A stretch of DNA of 64,000 nucleotides. Origin: Mobula hypostoma (Eukaryota). The notes below the pieces were generated by a model. It worked only from the letters and a program-made list of their open reading frames with translations. It was not told the DNA's origin and searched no databases. Position 1 is the first letter of the stretch, and the number at the start of each line of letters is the position of its first letter. Below, piece after piece: positions 13,198 through 25,726 of this stretch. The DNA is taken from assembly GCF_963921235.1 (NCBI RefSeq), contig NC_086110.1, positions 930,001 through 994,000 of the forward strand. Direction: 5' to 3'. The position numbers were made by a program, and so were the translations under genes.

Positions 13198-14600
13198 AAC
13201 ATACATCAAAGTTGCTGGTGAACGCAGCAGGCCAAGCAGCATCTATAGGAAGAGGTGCAGTCGACGTTTCAGGCCGAGACCCTTCGTCAGGACTAACTGA
13301 AGGAAGAGTGAGTAAGGGATTTGAAACTTGGAGGGGGAGGGGGAGATTCAAAATGATAGGAGAAGACAGGAGGGGGAGGGACAGAGCCAAGAGCTGGACA
13401 GGTGATAGGCAAAAGGGGATACGAGAGGATCATGGGACAGGAGGTCCGGGAAGAAAGACAAGGGGGGGGGCGGGGGTTGACCCAGAGGATGGGCAAGAGG
13501 TATATTCAGAGGGACAGAGGGAGAAAAAGGAGAGTGAGAGAAAGAATGTGTGCATAAAAATGAGTAACAGATGGGGTACGAGGGGGAGGTGGGGCCTTAG
13601 CGGAAGTTAGAGAAGTCGATGTTCATGCCATCAGGTTGGAGACTACACAGACGGAATATAAGGTGTTGTTCCTCCAACCTGAGTGTGGCTTCATCTCCAC
13701 AGATGAGGAGGCCGTGGACAGACATGTCAGAATGGGAATGGGATGTGGAATTAAAATGTGTGGCCACTGGGAGATCCTGCTTTCTCTGGCGGACAGAGCG
13801 TAGATGTTCAGCAAAGCGGTCTCCCAGTCTGCGTCGGGTCTCACCAATATATAAAAGGCCACATCGGGAGCACCGGACGCAGTATATCACCCCAGTCGAC
13901 TCACAGGTGAAGTGATGCGTCACCTGGAAGGACTGTTTGTGGCCCTGAATGGTGGTAAGGGAGGAAGTGTAAGGGCATGTGTAGCACTTGTTCCGCTTAC
14001 ACGGATAAGTGCCAGGAGGGAGATCAGTGGGGAGGGATGGGGAGGGGACGAATGGACAAGGGAGTTGTGTAGGGAGCGATCCCTGCGGAATGCAGAGAGA
14101 AGGGGGCAGGTAAAGATGTGCTTAGTGGTGGGATCCCGTTGGAGGTGGCGGAAGTTACGGAGAATAATATGTTGGGCCCGGAGGCTGGTGGGGTGGTAGG
14201 TGAGGACCGGGGGAACCCTATTCCTAGTGGGGTGGCGGGAGGATGGAGTGAGAGCAGATGTACGTGAAATGGGGGAGATGCGTTTAAGAGCAGAGTTGAT
14301 AGTGGAGGAAGGGAAGCCCCTTTCTTTAAAAAAGGAAGACATCTCCCTCGTCCTGGAATGAAAAGCCTCATCCTGAGAGCAGATGCGTCGGAGACGGAGG
14401 AATTGCGAGAAGGGGATGGCGTTTTTGCAAGAGACAGGGTGAGAAGAGGAATAGTCCAGATAGCTGTGAGAGTCAGTAGGCTTATAGTAGTCAGCAGTGG
14501 ATAAGCTGTCTCCAAAGACAGAGACAGAAAGATCTAGAAAGGGGAGGGAGGTGTCGGAAATGGACCAGGTAAACTTGAGGGTAGGGTGAAAGTTGGAGGC
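13198..14600 (-). mobile_element. Penelope-like element, 5'-truncated RT plus GIY-YIG endonuclease plus pLTR (left arm)
   Basis: Minus-strand ORFs LPFLDLSV...YYKPTDSHSYLDYSSSHP.SCKNAIPFSQFLRLRRICS and VIYCVRCSRCGLLYIGETRRRL.DRFAEH. Confidence 0.92.
13258..13295 (-). ncRNA. Minimal type-I hammerhead ribozyme in the Penelope pLTR
   Basis: Minus strand reads UAGUC-CUGACGA-AGG(GUCUCGG)CCU-GAAAC-GUC/GACUG: intact CUGANGA and GAAA core, 3-bp stem II, stem I UAGUC:GACUG, palindromic ACGU stem III, GUC cleavage triplet. Confidence 0.75.
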
Positions 14601-14617
14601 TAAGCCCTCAAGTTTAC

Positions 14618-15578
14618 TCGCAATTCCTCCGTCTCCGCCGCATCTGCTCTCAGGATGAGGCTTTTCATTCCAGGACGAGCATCTAAGCAACTCCCTTGTC
14701 CATTCTTCCCCCCCATCCCTCCCCACTGATCTCCCTCCTGGCACTTATCCATGTAAGCGGAACAAGTGCTACACATGCCCTTACACTTCCTCCCTTACCA
14801 CCATTCAGGGCCCCAAACAGTCCTTCCAGGTGAGGCCTCACTTCACCTGTTAGTCGACTGGGGTGATATACTGCGTCCGGTGCTCCCGATGTGGCCTTTT
14901 ATATATTGGTGAGACCCGACGCAGACTGGGAGACCGCTTTGCTGAACATGTACGCTCTGTCCGCCAGAGAAAGCAGGATCTCCCAGTGGCCACACATTTT
15001 AATTCCACATCCCATTCCCATTCTGACATGTCTGTCCACGGCCTCCTCATCTGTGGAGATGAAGCCACACTCAGGTTGGAGGAACAACACCTTATATTCC
15101 GTCTGGGTAGTCTCCAACCTGATGGCATGAACATCGACTTCTCTAACTTCCGCTAAGGCCCCACCTCCCCCTCGTACCCCATCTGTTACTCATTTTTATG
15201 CACACATTCTTTCTCTCACTCTCCTTTTTCTCCCTCTGTCCCTCTGAATATACCTCTTGCCCATCCTCTGGGTCGACCCCCGCCCCCTTGTCTTTCTTCC
15301 CGGACCTCCTGTCCCATGATCCTCCCGTATCCCCTTTTGCCTATCACCTGTCCAGCTCTCGGCTCTATCCCTCCCCCTCCTGTCTTCTCCTATCATTTTG
15401 GATCTCCCCCTCCCCCTCCAACTTTCAAATCTCTTACTCACTCTTCCTTCAGTTAGTCCTCACGAAGGGTCTCGGCCTGAAACATCGACTGCACCTCTTC
15501 CTATAGATGCTGCGTTCACCAGCAACTTTGATGTATGTTGCTTGAATTTCCAGCATCTGTAGAATTCCTGTTGTTTGC
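14618..15578 (+). mobile_element. Penelope-like element, GIY-YIG plus pLTR (right arm, inverted copy)
   Basis: ORF 14863-15156 is nearly identical to minus-strand ORF 13597-13923; 14681-15539 is the reverse complement of 13198-14070. Confidence 0.92.
15454..15491 (+). ncRNA. Mutated (probably inactive) hammerhead ribozyme copy
   Basis: TAGTC-CTCACGA-AGGGTCTCGGCCT-GAAAC-ATC-GACTG; core G>C at 15461 and G>A at 15484 relative to the left copy. Confidence 0.65.
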
Positions 15579-17469
15579 ATTTAACATGTTTTTTATTTTG
15601 TGGGGAATAAGAACACTAACTACAAAAATAGACTTCTTAGGCATTATATTTTGTTCTCTATGCACGATATATTTAATTTGGGTTCTCTACCTCACTCACA
15701 GACACATATGCGATGCGGTAGAATGACCTCTAAATGAGAGTGATGGGTGTTAACAGAAATTACCATGTCTCTTGAATGCATTTGCATGGGGATTTTTTTT
15801 TTCCATTTTATTATTAAACGTTTCAGCGTCAGCATACTTCCTGCACGTTTTGAAACATTAACACCTTCTCTCGCTATCTCTCTGCCAAACCCCACCCCAA
15901 TTCTCCCTCTCTCTTCCGCTCTTACACACACACATAGAGTACTCCACAAATTTATTCCAGATCAGGCCTACGTATGACAGTGGGAGCAGCCGTATGAAGT
16001 CCTTGGGAACAACAATTCATTTGTCGCTTTGTTTATGGACTACGGGTCTCCAACGTAGCTTCGAACGAAAACTGCTTATACGTTTTCTGAACACCCGCGC
16101 TCAAGCTTGATTAATATCGTGCAGGGTTACGATGGCCTTACAGCTGGCGTGTTTCAATAATCCACCGCCACTCTATTCTTTCCCTCAGAGGTTTACCTAA
16201 CACTGACATTATCTCTTGAACACCAATCTGGGTTTCTGGCAACAGCTGGGGAGCGTACTGGACGCTGATTTCAGACCAACCCACCATCTTCTGATTCACA
16301 ACGGCAAGTACCGAAATATCTAAGAACGTGAAACCTACAGGAGATAGATCCCTCCCTGCATGAGTCAGCCGATTACTTTCCCAACGAAACTTGCAGTGGA
16401 TATATGTAAAGCTATTCCAATCCACGGAGAAATCGCTTCACCACGATCACGGAACCAGATGAATTACCGAGGATTTTGGCGAATGCTGTGGTAATTACTC
16501 AGTTGTGGTACACTTGCGAATACCTTTGCTTCTATTAAATGATCAATCATAGGAATATATCGTGATTGAGCATTGCGATATGGTAATTAACTGTCTGAGA
16601 AATATCATTTTTCTCTGACGCCTTGCTGTATACTCAATGTTGAATCCTGCCTCAGTCGAGCATCGGTTATGTGATAAACATAATAAGTGATAAACACATC
16701 AATTGATTCAGCCAGGTTGGGAACTGATGGTTGTAAAACCGTTTTTGACTGTCAGCCCTCCAGCAACTGAGCTGTAGGAAACTGCCCTTCAGCAAACATT
16801 GTGAAGTTAAGGTTGGGTATTCCCAATCATACTTACAGGCAGGTGCTGCGCCTTCCTTCCCCTCACCATCGTCCTTAAGAAAGTAAAAAGCGCAAATCAC
16901 ACAGTTTCATACTATATGTGTTCGACATAGTAATATAGGCATCAAACAAGTACCCGCGTTGTAAAAGATCGGACCCATGGTATTTTACTGGCAGGTAATA
17001 TCAGTGCACCGTCAGGACTGGTACTCGGCCTTCAATGGCATATAACCGGTCAATATTCTTCCAGCACCCTGGCACGGTAACGGCACCATCTTTCCTCTCG
17101 TTCCACTTGGACTGGCCGATCCTGCTGGATAACCGTGGCATTCCTGGGTCTCTTTTCTCAACACCCACGTCCCGAGCGCCTCCGCAGTCTGTCCAAAACT
17201 GACAGAACAGGATCCAACGTACCTTATCTACAGTGCTACAACAGGCCAATCATTCATCTTGCAAAGAACATCGATTTAAAATCGGACATATATGACATAA
17301 AATGTCGATGGAAACTTTTTTTTCGTAATTATACATATTGAGAAGGACATCACATTATATCATTTATTTTACTTTTTTTTTGTCTTTTGAAGCCTTGAGG
17401 ACGTCAATTTATTAATCTAATGTCGAATGGAATGAATCAAACCATACTTATGAACTTTGCAGTTTTTTT

Positions 17470-18431
17470 TCAACACAAAATGGATAACACAAAGCTGGGC
17501 GGCAGTGTTAGCAGTGAGGAGGATGCTAAGAGGATGAAGAGTGACTTGGATAGGTTAGGTGAGTGGGCAAATTCATGGCAGATGCAACGTAATGTGGAAA
17601 AATGTGAGGTTATCCACTTTGGTGGCAAAAACACGAAAACAGACTATTATCTGAATGGTGGCCGATTAGGAAAAGGGGAGGTACAACGAGACTTGGGTGT
17701 CATTATACACCAGTCATTGAAAGTGGGTATACAGGTAGAGCAGGCGGTGAAACACGGCGAATGGTATGCTGGCATTCATAGCAAGAGGATTTGAGTACAG
17801 GAGCAGGGAGATACTACTGCAGTTGTACAAGGCCTTGGTGAGACCACACCTGGAGTACTGTGTGCGGATTTGGTCCCCTAATCTGAGGAAAGACATTCGT
17901 GCCATACAGGGAGTACAAAGAAGGTTCACTAGATTGATTCCTTGGATGGCAGGACTTTCATATGAGGAAAGATTTGATCAACTAAGCTTATACTCGCTGG
18001 AATTTAGAAGATTGGCGGGACGAGGGTGGGTGGGGGGATCTTATCGAAACGTATAAAATTCTAAAGGGATTGGCCAGGCTAGATGCAGGAAGATTGTTCC
18101 CGATGCTGGGGAAGTCTAGAACGAGGGGTCACCGTTTAAATATAAGGGGGAAGACTTTTAGGACCGAGTTGCGGAAAAACTTCTTCACACAGAGAGTGGT
18201 GACTTTGTGGAATTCTCTGCCACAGGGACCAGTTGAGGCCATTTCATTTGATATCTTTAAGAAGGATTTAGATATGGCCCTTGTGGCTAAAAGGATCAGG
18301 GGGTATGGAGAGAATGCGGGTACAGGGTTCTCAGTTGGCTGATCAGCCATGATCATACTGAATGGCGGGGCAGGCTTGAAGGACCGAATGGCCTACCCTT
18401 GCACCTATTTTCTATTTTTCTATGTTTCTAA
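17470..18431 (+). mobile_element. CR1 LINE 3' fragment
   Basis: DNTKLGGSV...DLDRLGEWANSWQM and LVRPHLEYCVRIWSP; TTTTCTATTTTTCTATGTTTCT tail. Confidence 0.92.
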
Positions 18432-19452
18432 AATTATGGTTTCTTACCACTTCACGTCAAAGCCAGTCAAACAAAAGTTATTGACCGTGTCTATAATGGT
18501 GTCTTAATGTACGTTCGAAATAATTCCGGACCATTGCATTCAGTTCAATGCGGTTTATTGCAGAATGAATCAAATTCAGTTTTTTTTCGCCATCGCCGGA
18601 TAAAACCCCGTTTTGACTGAGATGAGGACACCGAATTTCAAGTTTTGGCTATGAATTGTATTTATCTTTACCAAAGCATTCAGAAACACTAGGAAAAAAT
18701 ACATATGCGTGGAATTGAAATGTTAATATTTATTTTTGTTCAAAACTCCCCCCATCCCAAGATTGGGACAATGAAGAAGAGAGAGAGTGGGAAGAGAAAA
18801 AATCCTGGACGTTGGCGAAATCGCTGTTTATACAATCAAGTTGGAGGCTAACCAGAAGGAATCTAAAAGCATGCGCTATTATTGGGCCCACTGACCTATC
18901 TGACCGAAATTTTCCTACAGTTGATCATTGCCTTCCCCGTAGTTTACGATACCACCTATTTTAATATGATTTGAAACCATATCGCCACTCCTCATGCCAT
19001 CCCATGCAAATCATTTATATAAACAATGAACAGCAACAGATGCTGCACCGACCCTTGTGGTAACGCCTCTAGTCATAAGCCTCCGGTCCGAGACCACCTT
19101 CAACCGTCACGCTCTGCGTCCGACCATCGAGCCAATCACGAATATAATTAGCTATGTCTCCATGCGATAGATGTTTCCCTGTATCCCATGCGAACTGAAA
19201 CAATTTTTTTTTTCAGAAGAAATTCATCAACCGTTCAAGCACTGAAAGTTGTGTCCCACTCACCAAAATGCCGAAACCAACAGACTCCGGAGACAGATTT
19301 CCATGGAATAGGATTCGGTGAGACTTACTCTGACGTTTAAGTTCTTCAATCGGTACAGGATAGAATTACCTTCCACTTACGTCCTCCACCCGTTAGTACA
19401 TTAACCCCTGACAGAGCATCTGACATCCTCCATTTGCGGAATTTAGCAAATA

Positions 19453-19454
<2 letters not shown>

Positions 19455-19503
<49 letters not shown>
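19455..19503. repeat. (TG)n microsatellite, about 24 units
   Basis: Seen directly in the sequence. Confidence 0.97.
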
Positions 19504-19506
<3 letters not shown>

Positions 19507-20642
19507 TCTCTGTTAAATTGAACACTGCCTCCGTTTAAAACAAAACCTGCAATATGTGTGTTCCCAATTATTTATTAAATCATCCCAAACCATCCGAAAG
19601 TACGGCCATCCAGACAACAAATCAAGTTCTCTCTTCCACCTTGCCTCATCAAAGCTGATCAGATTGTATCACTGAATGTTACCAAGTAATTTGATAAGGT
19701 GTGCGGAATACAGGAAGATTTTCAGCATTGACGAAAGCAGAAAGGCAGAAAAAAAGGAGGAAGAATTAATCAAAGTCTCTGATTATCATTAATTGATTAG
19801 TGGTTTAGGGGAAATTACACAAAATAAACAAGCCATGGTCGTAAAATCATTTCTACCTGTTCACTGTTAAACTCAAATCAGTCTCCAGACAAACGTTTGG
19901 TGAATTGCGCGTAAGTCACTCATTTAAGGAAGATGGTGATGATTCTGCTGTTTCGCTGCGATACTATGGCTTAGTGTCTCTTAACCGTATCATCTGACAT
20001 AGTTTCGCGTCACTGGAAGAATTTTCACATGAAATAACGCAATCCTCCTACAAAGAGTCTTAACACAAACCGAGGACACTATGAAATCAACAACTTATTT
20101 TGCCTCCGACAAATTTTGCCATCCTATCGGAGAAATCAGGTGGATTATATACAAAGCGCATAGAAGTTGCCAAAAGCTATTAGGGTTTTGGTGTCTTCGC
20201 CACAGTTCGTTTGGTTGTCGGATACAAGGGTGGCAAGGGTGGAAGGATCGCGAGGAAACGGACGTGGAGCAGTGAGTCGGAGAAGGGTAGGTTAAGTAGA
20301 TGTTAAAGGAGTGCGTGGTGGGGGTGCGAAGTGGTGTGACAACGTGAGTGGACACGTGGGAATGAGTGAGGAGACAGTGCAGTGAGATTGCGGGCAGCAG
20401 CGAGTTAGTTCAGCCAACGAAATTGCACACCGTAGGTAATTAACATTAAAAGCTAAAAACATAATCGGTTTCGAAGACGATGGCGCTGTGGCTCACAAAA
20501 GCACAACTGAAAGTAAATCTCACCACAAATTGGTCAGAAGCCACACTACCGTCACGGAAAGACTGACACAGCACACCCTGTGACTGCTCAACCCAGAAAA
20601 ACAGATCGCGACCGCGCGCTCCCAGTGATCATTTGTACCAGA

Positions 20643-20697
20643 ATGTTGGCCAGCGTGGGACCTCACTGTCTGCTTCTTTGGATGATATATTTTACGG
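20643..20697 (+). pseudogene. IgSF receptor copy A, leader exon (MLASVGPHCLLLWMIYFT-G)
   Basis: ATG at 20643, hydrophobic signal peptide, phase-1 donor G|GTAAAT; one codon differs from copy B. Confidence 0.8.
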
Positions 20698-20827
20698 GTA
20701 AATGGCTTTCCCATCTTCAGAATGAAACTGTTATTGAATATCTCTTCATGTTTGTCCTTGTTGGTCTTTACAATTGTATACACTGTTTATAATGTCTCTT
20801 ATTCCGAATTGACTTTCTTTAATTTAG

Positions 20828-20886
20828 GGTCAGGTGAACTTTCTGCCAAAGTAACACAACTCCCCAAAATAGCCAACATCTTCAAG
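20828..20886 (+). pseudogene. IgSF receptor copy A, 5' part of V exon (interrupted by CR1)
   Basis: Acceptor TTTAG| then (G)SGELSAKVTQLPKIANIFK; aligns to copy B (G)FIEPSVNVTQLPKIANILK. Confidence 0.85.
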
Positions 20887-22860
20887 GATGGGATTGTATT
20901 ACAGACCACCCAATAGTCAAGGAAACTTGGAAGAGCAAATCTGCAGAGAGCTAGCAGGCAACTGCAGGAAACATAAATTTGTGGTGGTAGGGGATTTTAA
21001 TTTTCCATACATTGATTGGGACACCCATACTGTTAGGGGTCTAGATGGTTTAGAGTTTGTAAAATGTGTTCAGGAAAGTTTTCTAAATCAATATATAGAG
21101 GGACCAACTAGAGGGGATGCAATATTGGATCTCCTGTTAGGAAACGAATTAGGGCAAGTGACAGAAGTCTGTGTAGGGGAGCACTTTGGTTCCAGTGATC
21201 ATAACACCTTTAGTTTCAATTTGATCATGGACAAGGATAGATCTGGTCTTCGGGTTGAGGTTCTGAACTGGAAGAATGCCAAATTTGAAGAAATGAGAAA
21301 GGATCTAAAAAGCGTGGATTGGGATAGGTTGTTCTCTGGCAAAGATGTGATTGGTAGGTGGGAAGCCTTCAAAGGGGAAATTTTGAGAGTGCGGAGTTTG
21401 TATGTTCCTGTCAGGATTAAAGGCAAATTGAATAGGAATAAGGAACCTTGGTTCTCAAGGGATATTGCAACTCTGATAAAGAAGAAGAGGGAGTTGTATG
21501 AAATGTATAGGAAACAGGGGATAAATCAGGTGCTTGAGGAGTATAAGAAGTGCAAGAAAATACTTAAGAAAGTAATCAGGAGGGCTAAAAGAAGACATGA
21601 GGTTGCCTTGGCAGTCAAAGTGAAGGATAATCCAAAGAGCTTTCACAAGTATATTAAGAGCAAAAGGATTGTAAGGGATAAAATTGGTCCTTCTGATGAT
21701 CAGAGTGGTCGGCTTTGTGCGGAACAAAAGGAAATGGGGGAGAACTTAAATAGGTTTTTAGCGTCTGTATTTACTAAGGAAGCTGGCATGAAATCTATGG
21801 AATTGAGGCAATCAAGTAGTGAGACCATGGAAACTGTACGGAATGAAAAGAGGGAGGTGCCTGCTGTCTTGAGGAAAATTAAAGTGGATAAATACCCGGG
21901 ACCTGACAGAGTGTTCCCTGGGACCTTGAAAGAGACTAGTGTTGAAATTGCGGGGGCCCTGGCAGAGATAATTAAAATGTCGCTGTCAATGGGTGAAGTG
22001 CCGGAGGATTGGAGAGTGGCTCATGTTGTTTCGTTGTTTAAAAAAGGATCGAAAAGTAATCCGGGAAATTATAGGCCGCTGAGTTTAACGTCAGTAGTAG
22101 GTAAGTTATTGGAGGGAGTACTAAGAGACAGAATCTACAAGCATTTGGAGAGACAGGGGCTTATTAGGGAGAGTCAACATGGCTTTGTGCGTGGTAGATC
22201 ATGTTTGACCAATCTGTTGGAGTTTTTCGAGGAGGTTACCAGGAAAGTGGATGAAGGGAAGGCAGTGGATATTGTCTACATGGACTTCAGTAAGGCCTTT
22301 GACAAAGTCCCACATGGGAGGTTAGTTAGGAAAATTCAGTCGCTAGGTATACATGGAGAGGTGGTAAATTGGATTAGACATTGGCTCGATGGAAGAAGCC
22401 AGAGAGAGGTGGTAGAAAATTGCTTCTCTGAGTGGAGGCCTGTGTCTAGTGCTGTGCCACAGGGATCAGTGCTGGGTCCATTGTTATTTGTCATCTATAT
22501 CAATGATCTGGATGATAATGTGGTAAATTGGAACAGGAAGTTTGCTGGTGATACAAAGATTGGAGGTGTAGTAGGCAGTGAGGGAGGTTTTCAGAGCCTG
22601 AAGAGGGACTTCGGCCAGCAGGAAACATGGGCTTATAAATGGCAGATGGAGTTTAATACTCACAAGTGTGAGGTATTGCACGTTGGAAGGACAAACCAAC
22701 GTAGAACATACAGGGTTAATGGTAAGGCACTGAGGAGTGCAGTGGAACAGAGGGATCTGGGAAAACAGAAACAAAATTCCCTAAAAGTGCCGTCACAGGT
22801 AGATAGGGTCGTAAAGAGAGCTTTTGGTACATTAGCCTTTATTAATCGAAGTATTGAGTA

Positions 22861-23740
22861 TGTTACGTACCCCGTAACTGGGTTGCCAAACCAGCAGAAA
22901 TGGATCACTCAGTTGGAGTCTGGAGTACTAGAACTAAGAAAGTTTTATTAAAGAAACAAGCAACACAGTAATCGAAAGGATAATAAATGCAACAATTCAA
23001 CAATGATAACCACACATGTACACAGAATTAAGATAACAGCATCAATCAAGCTCTATCGTTGTCTAGGGGTAAATGACCAATTTCAAAATTACTCAAAGTT
23101 CAGTCCAGTTAGTAGTTCAGTTCGCAGTAATCATTGCCATGGCGGTGGACAACGTGGGGGAAGAGAGACATAGAACAGGAACAACTGATCATTCAGAACG
23201 GCTTCACTCACAGACCAGCAAGATGGCTCACAGACCAGCGAGATGGCTCACAAACAGCTTTTGGGCAGGTCCTTGGTGATGTCACCTGAGGTCACCGACT
23301 GTGACCCCTCCTCCAGATGCGGTCGATCCTCTGCAGTGAACCCGGCACCCAGGCAAGGGCGGACACACACCGGGTTCCCGCTGATCGTACCTTTCCACCC
23401 TTGTCGTTGTCTGGTACTTCTCACCCACTCGTGAGAAGCGCACCGCTTCCAGGGTCTCGTTACCTCCGGTGGCGTGTGTGTCCGTCTTAGCGAACCTGTC
23501 CCTTTTTATCCCCCTGCTGGGGTATCGCCTGTCCATCACTTCAAACAGTTCAGGGTTCAAAGAGGGGGAGCCGCTCCAGACAGCTCTCTCTCCCACATCC
23601 CTTCATTACACATCTCCAGACGCTGCTTCATTGTTCCTTATCTCTCCTTCCCCTGAGGGCAGGTGGCAGACCAACTGCTGATGCCACTGATGCTAGCCCA
23701 GGCCAGCAAACATCTTAACTTTATGTGTATTCTCGTAACA
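22861..23740 (-). repeat. 3' LTR
   Basis: Direct repeat of 27041-27920 with about 5 substitutions counted by eye; adjacent PPT. Confidence 0.97.
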
Positions 23741-23752
23741 CTTCCCCCCTTT
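23741..23752 (-). promoter_or_regulatory. Polypurine tract
   Basis: Minus strand AAAGGGGGGAAG lies immediately before the 3' LTR. Confidence 0.88.
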
Positions 23753-23911
23753 AAGGATTTTTACCGGGAGGTAAAAATTACAAACATGTCACATTATCTG
23801 ATACGTACACAATATACATCTTTAACAGTTATTTAGCTAATACAGAGAATTTGAAGCTGTCAACACCTTGACAGACAGTCATCACATTTTCTGTTCCTTT
23901 TACACGTGTTA

Positions 23912-25726
23912 TTAATAATCCCTTAGACCAGGCTCCAACTCAGCAAACTTCGCAGTGGCCAAAAACACTGATGAATTGCGACCAATGTAACCTCTCATTT
24001 GGTTTTGTCCCGGACCACAACAACAAGGGTCGTCCCATTCCGGCTCAGTTTTCTCTCGCAAGGGCTTAGTAGGAGGGGAACGGGTATTGACCGCAGAGTT
24101 ATTGCAAAACTTCCTGCAGTACCCCACCATCTCCAAAAGCCTTCTGAGGGCCCTCTTGTCTGTCGGGGTTGGGAGGTCAGCGATAGCCTGCACTGTAGCT
24201 TGCATCACTGCCAGCTGCCCCTGTGTCACCACAATTCCCAGGTAAGTGACCCTCGTGTGGCCGAATTCATTTTTTTCAAGGTTCACTATCAAACTGGCTT
24301 CAGACAGCCGTATTAAATTGCCAATACACACCTCTGTGTTCATCAGCCCTTTAGTCACTGAATTACTCAAAAAATATGGGTGTTGTTTACTTGGCTGCCC
24401 TATGGTAACCACAATCACCCAACGTCCCAGTTCTTTGCATTTCCTCGGGACAATCAAACACATGGGTGCGAGTCGTTTAATTACTCCTTCGGGGATTAAG
24501 GGAGAGACCTTATCAGTAGACCTGGCCAAAACAATAGCCTTCTCCCATCTGACCGATCCCATCCTAATCTTTTCAAAATGGTTCTTTTCTCTTAACAGGG
24601 GGCCCCTAGCTTCATTGATTTCCACGCTAACACCGACTAGGTTTGTTAGCATATCAAAAGCCGGTGACCGTCTCAGTTCGCGTCGGTCATGATCAATAAC
24701 ATTCTTCCCCCTGGGCAGCCGGTAAATCTCTTTCATGATTCCACCAACTGTTTTCTCCAGCACCGCAAAATGTCCACCGGGGGGTACCTCGTGGGCCATG
24801 TTAAAAACCTCATCCCCATAACTCTTTTGCACCACCCCCCACTCCTCATCTGCGGATACTGTCCTTGATTTCCCTTTCTTCCTTAGCACTTCCTCCTCCG
24901 CACAATAGCTTGTCAAGGCTGTGTCAGAGAGAGCGGTCTCGGCAAAAACCATCAGCCCCTCGTCTCGCTCCTGCGTCTGCACAAATTCTTTCCTGGCTAC
25001 TGCTACGTCCGTCCCAGCTCCCTCACTACCTCTTATCTCACTACACCCTGTCTCATACAAGGTTGGCAGAAATGTTTCAGCCAAATTCACCATCGCGGGC
25101 GGGGCCTCCATGCTGGCAGGCTGACCCGTCAATCTCACGACTGGGAACACGATTCCTCCGGCGATGTCATTACCGAGCAAGACTTCCACGTCTTTCATCG
25201 GTAATTTGGACCTCACCCCGATCGTGACTAGTCCAGAGACCAGGTTGCTCTGTAAATGTATCTGGTGCAAAGGGACCGACTCTGTCCCTTCCCCAACACC
25301 TTTGACCTCTACCTCCCCAGTCTGGGTCTCTGAGCTAAACTCTAATACACTCTTCAGTATTAGTGACTGACACGCTCCCGTGTCTCTCCAGATCCGCACT
25401 GGAACTGGTTTTAACCTCTCCTTCACTGACACCAGTCCGGCCGAGATAAACCTCTCGCGCCCTTCCTGGACTTTTTCAGACCTGTCCTTCCCTAGCGGTT
25501 CGCTTAACAGCTCAATACAGCCATTCAAAATTTCCGCTTTTCCTTTCCCCGTCTCCTTCCTTGGGGCAAAGCACCTGGACGCAAAGTGTCCGACTTTCCC
25601 ACAATTATAACAGACGACCCCAGGAGACTTCCTACCAGACTGCTCCCGGTCTACCTTATCCTTTTCACTAGTCCCCGGCTTACTTTCTGACTTTTCCGGC
25701 GGACTCTCCCCGCCGTCCTGACTACC
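23912..25726 (-). pseudogene. CCHC knuckle, protease and degenerate in-frame IN/RT remnant
   Basis: CYNCGKVGHFASRC (about 25570-25612); RIWRDTGACQS protease motif; MAHEVPPGGHF integrase zinc-binding remnant; VTYLGIVV and RRLLEMVGYCRKF RT C-terminal remnants. No integrase DDE core and no RT YxDD motif seen. Confidence 0.8.

Noticed and set aside
20722-20916. MKLLLNISSCLSLLVF... as the signal peptide, in frame with V
   Set aside because: It lies in intron 1; the homologous frame in copy B hits a stop (NVSY*). The true leader exon with a phase-1 donor is upstream.
20888-22951. 687-aa ORF as a host gene or intact element
   Set aside because: It is a 5'-truncated CR1 ORF2; the last ~30 residues are read-through into the LTR.
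23073-23681. Duplicated small ORFs (also at 27253-27861) as conserved genes
   Set aside because: They are duplicated only because they lie within the two LTRs.
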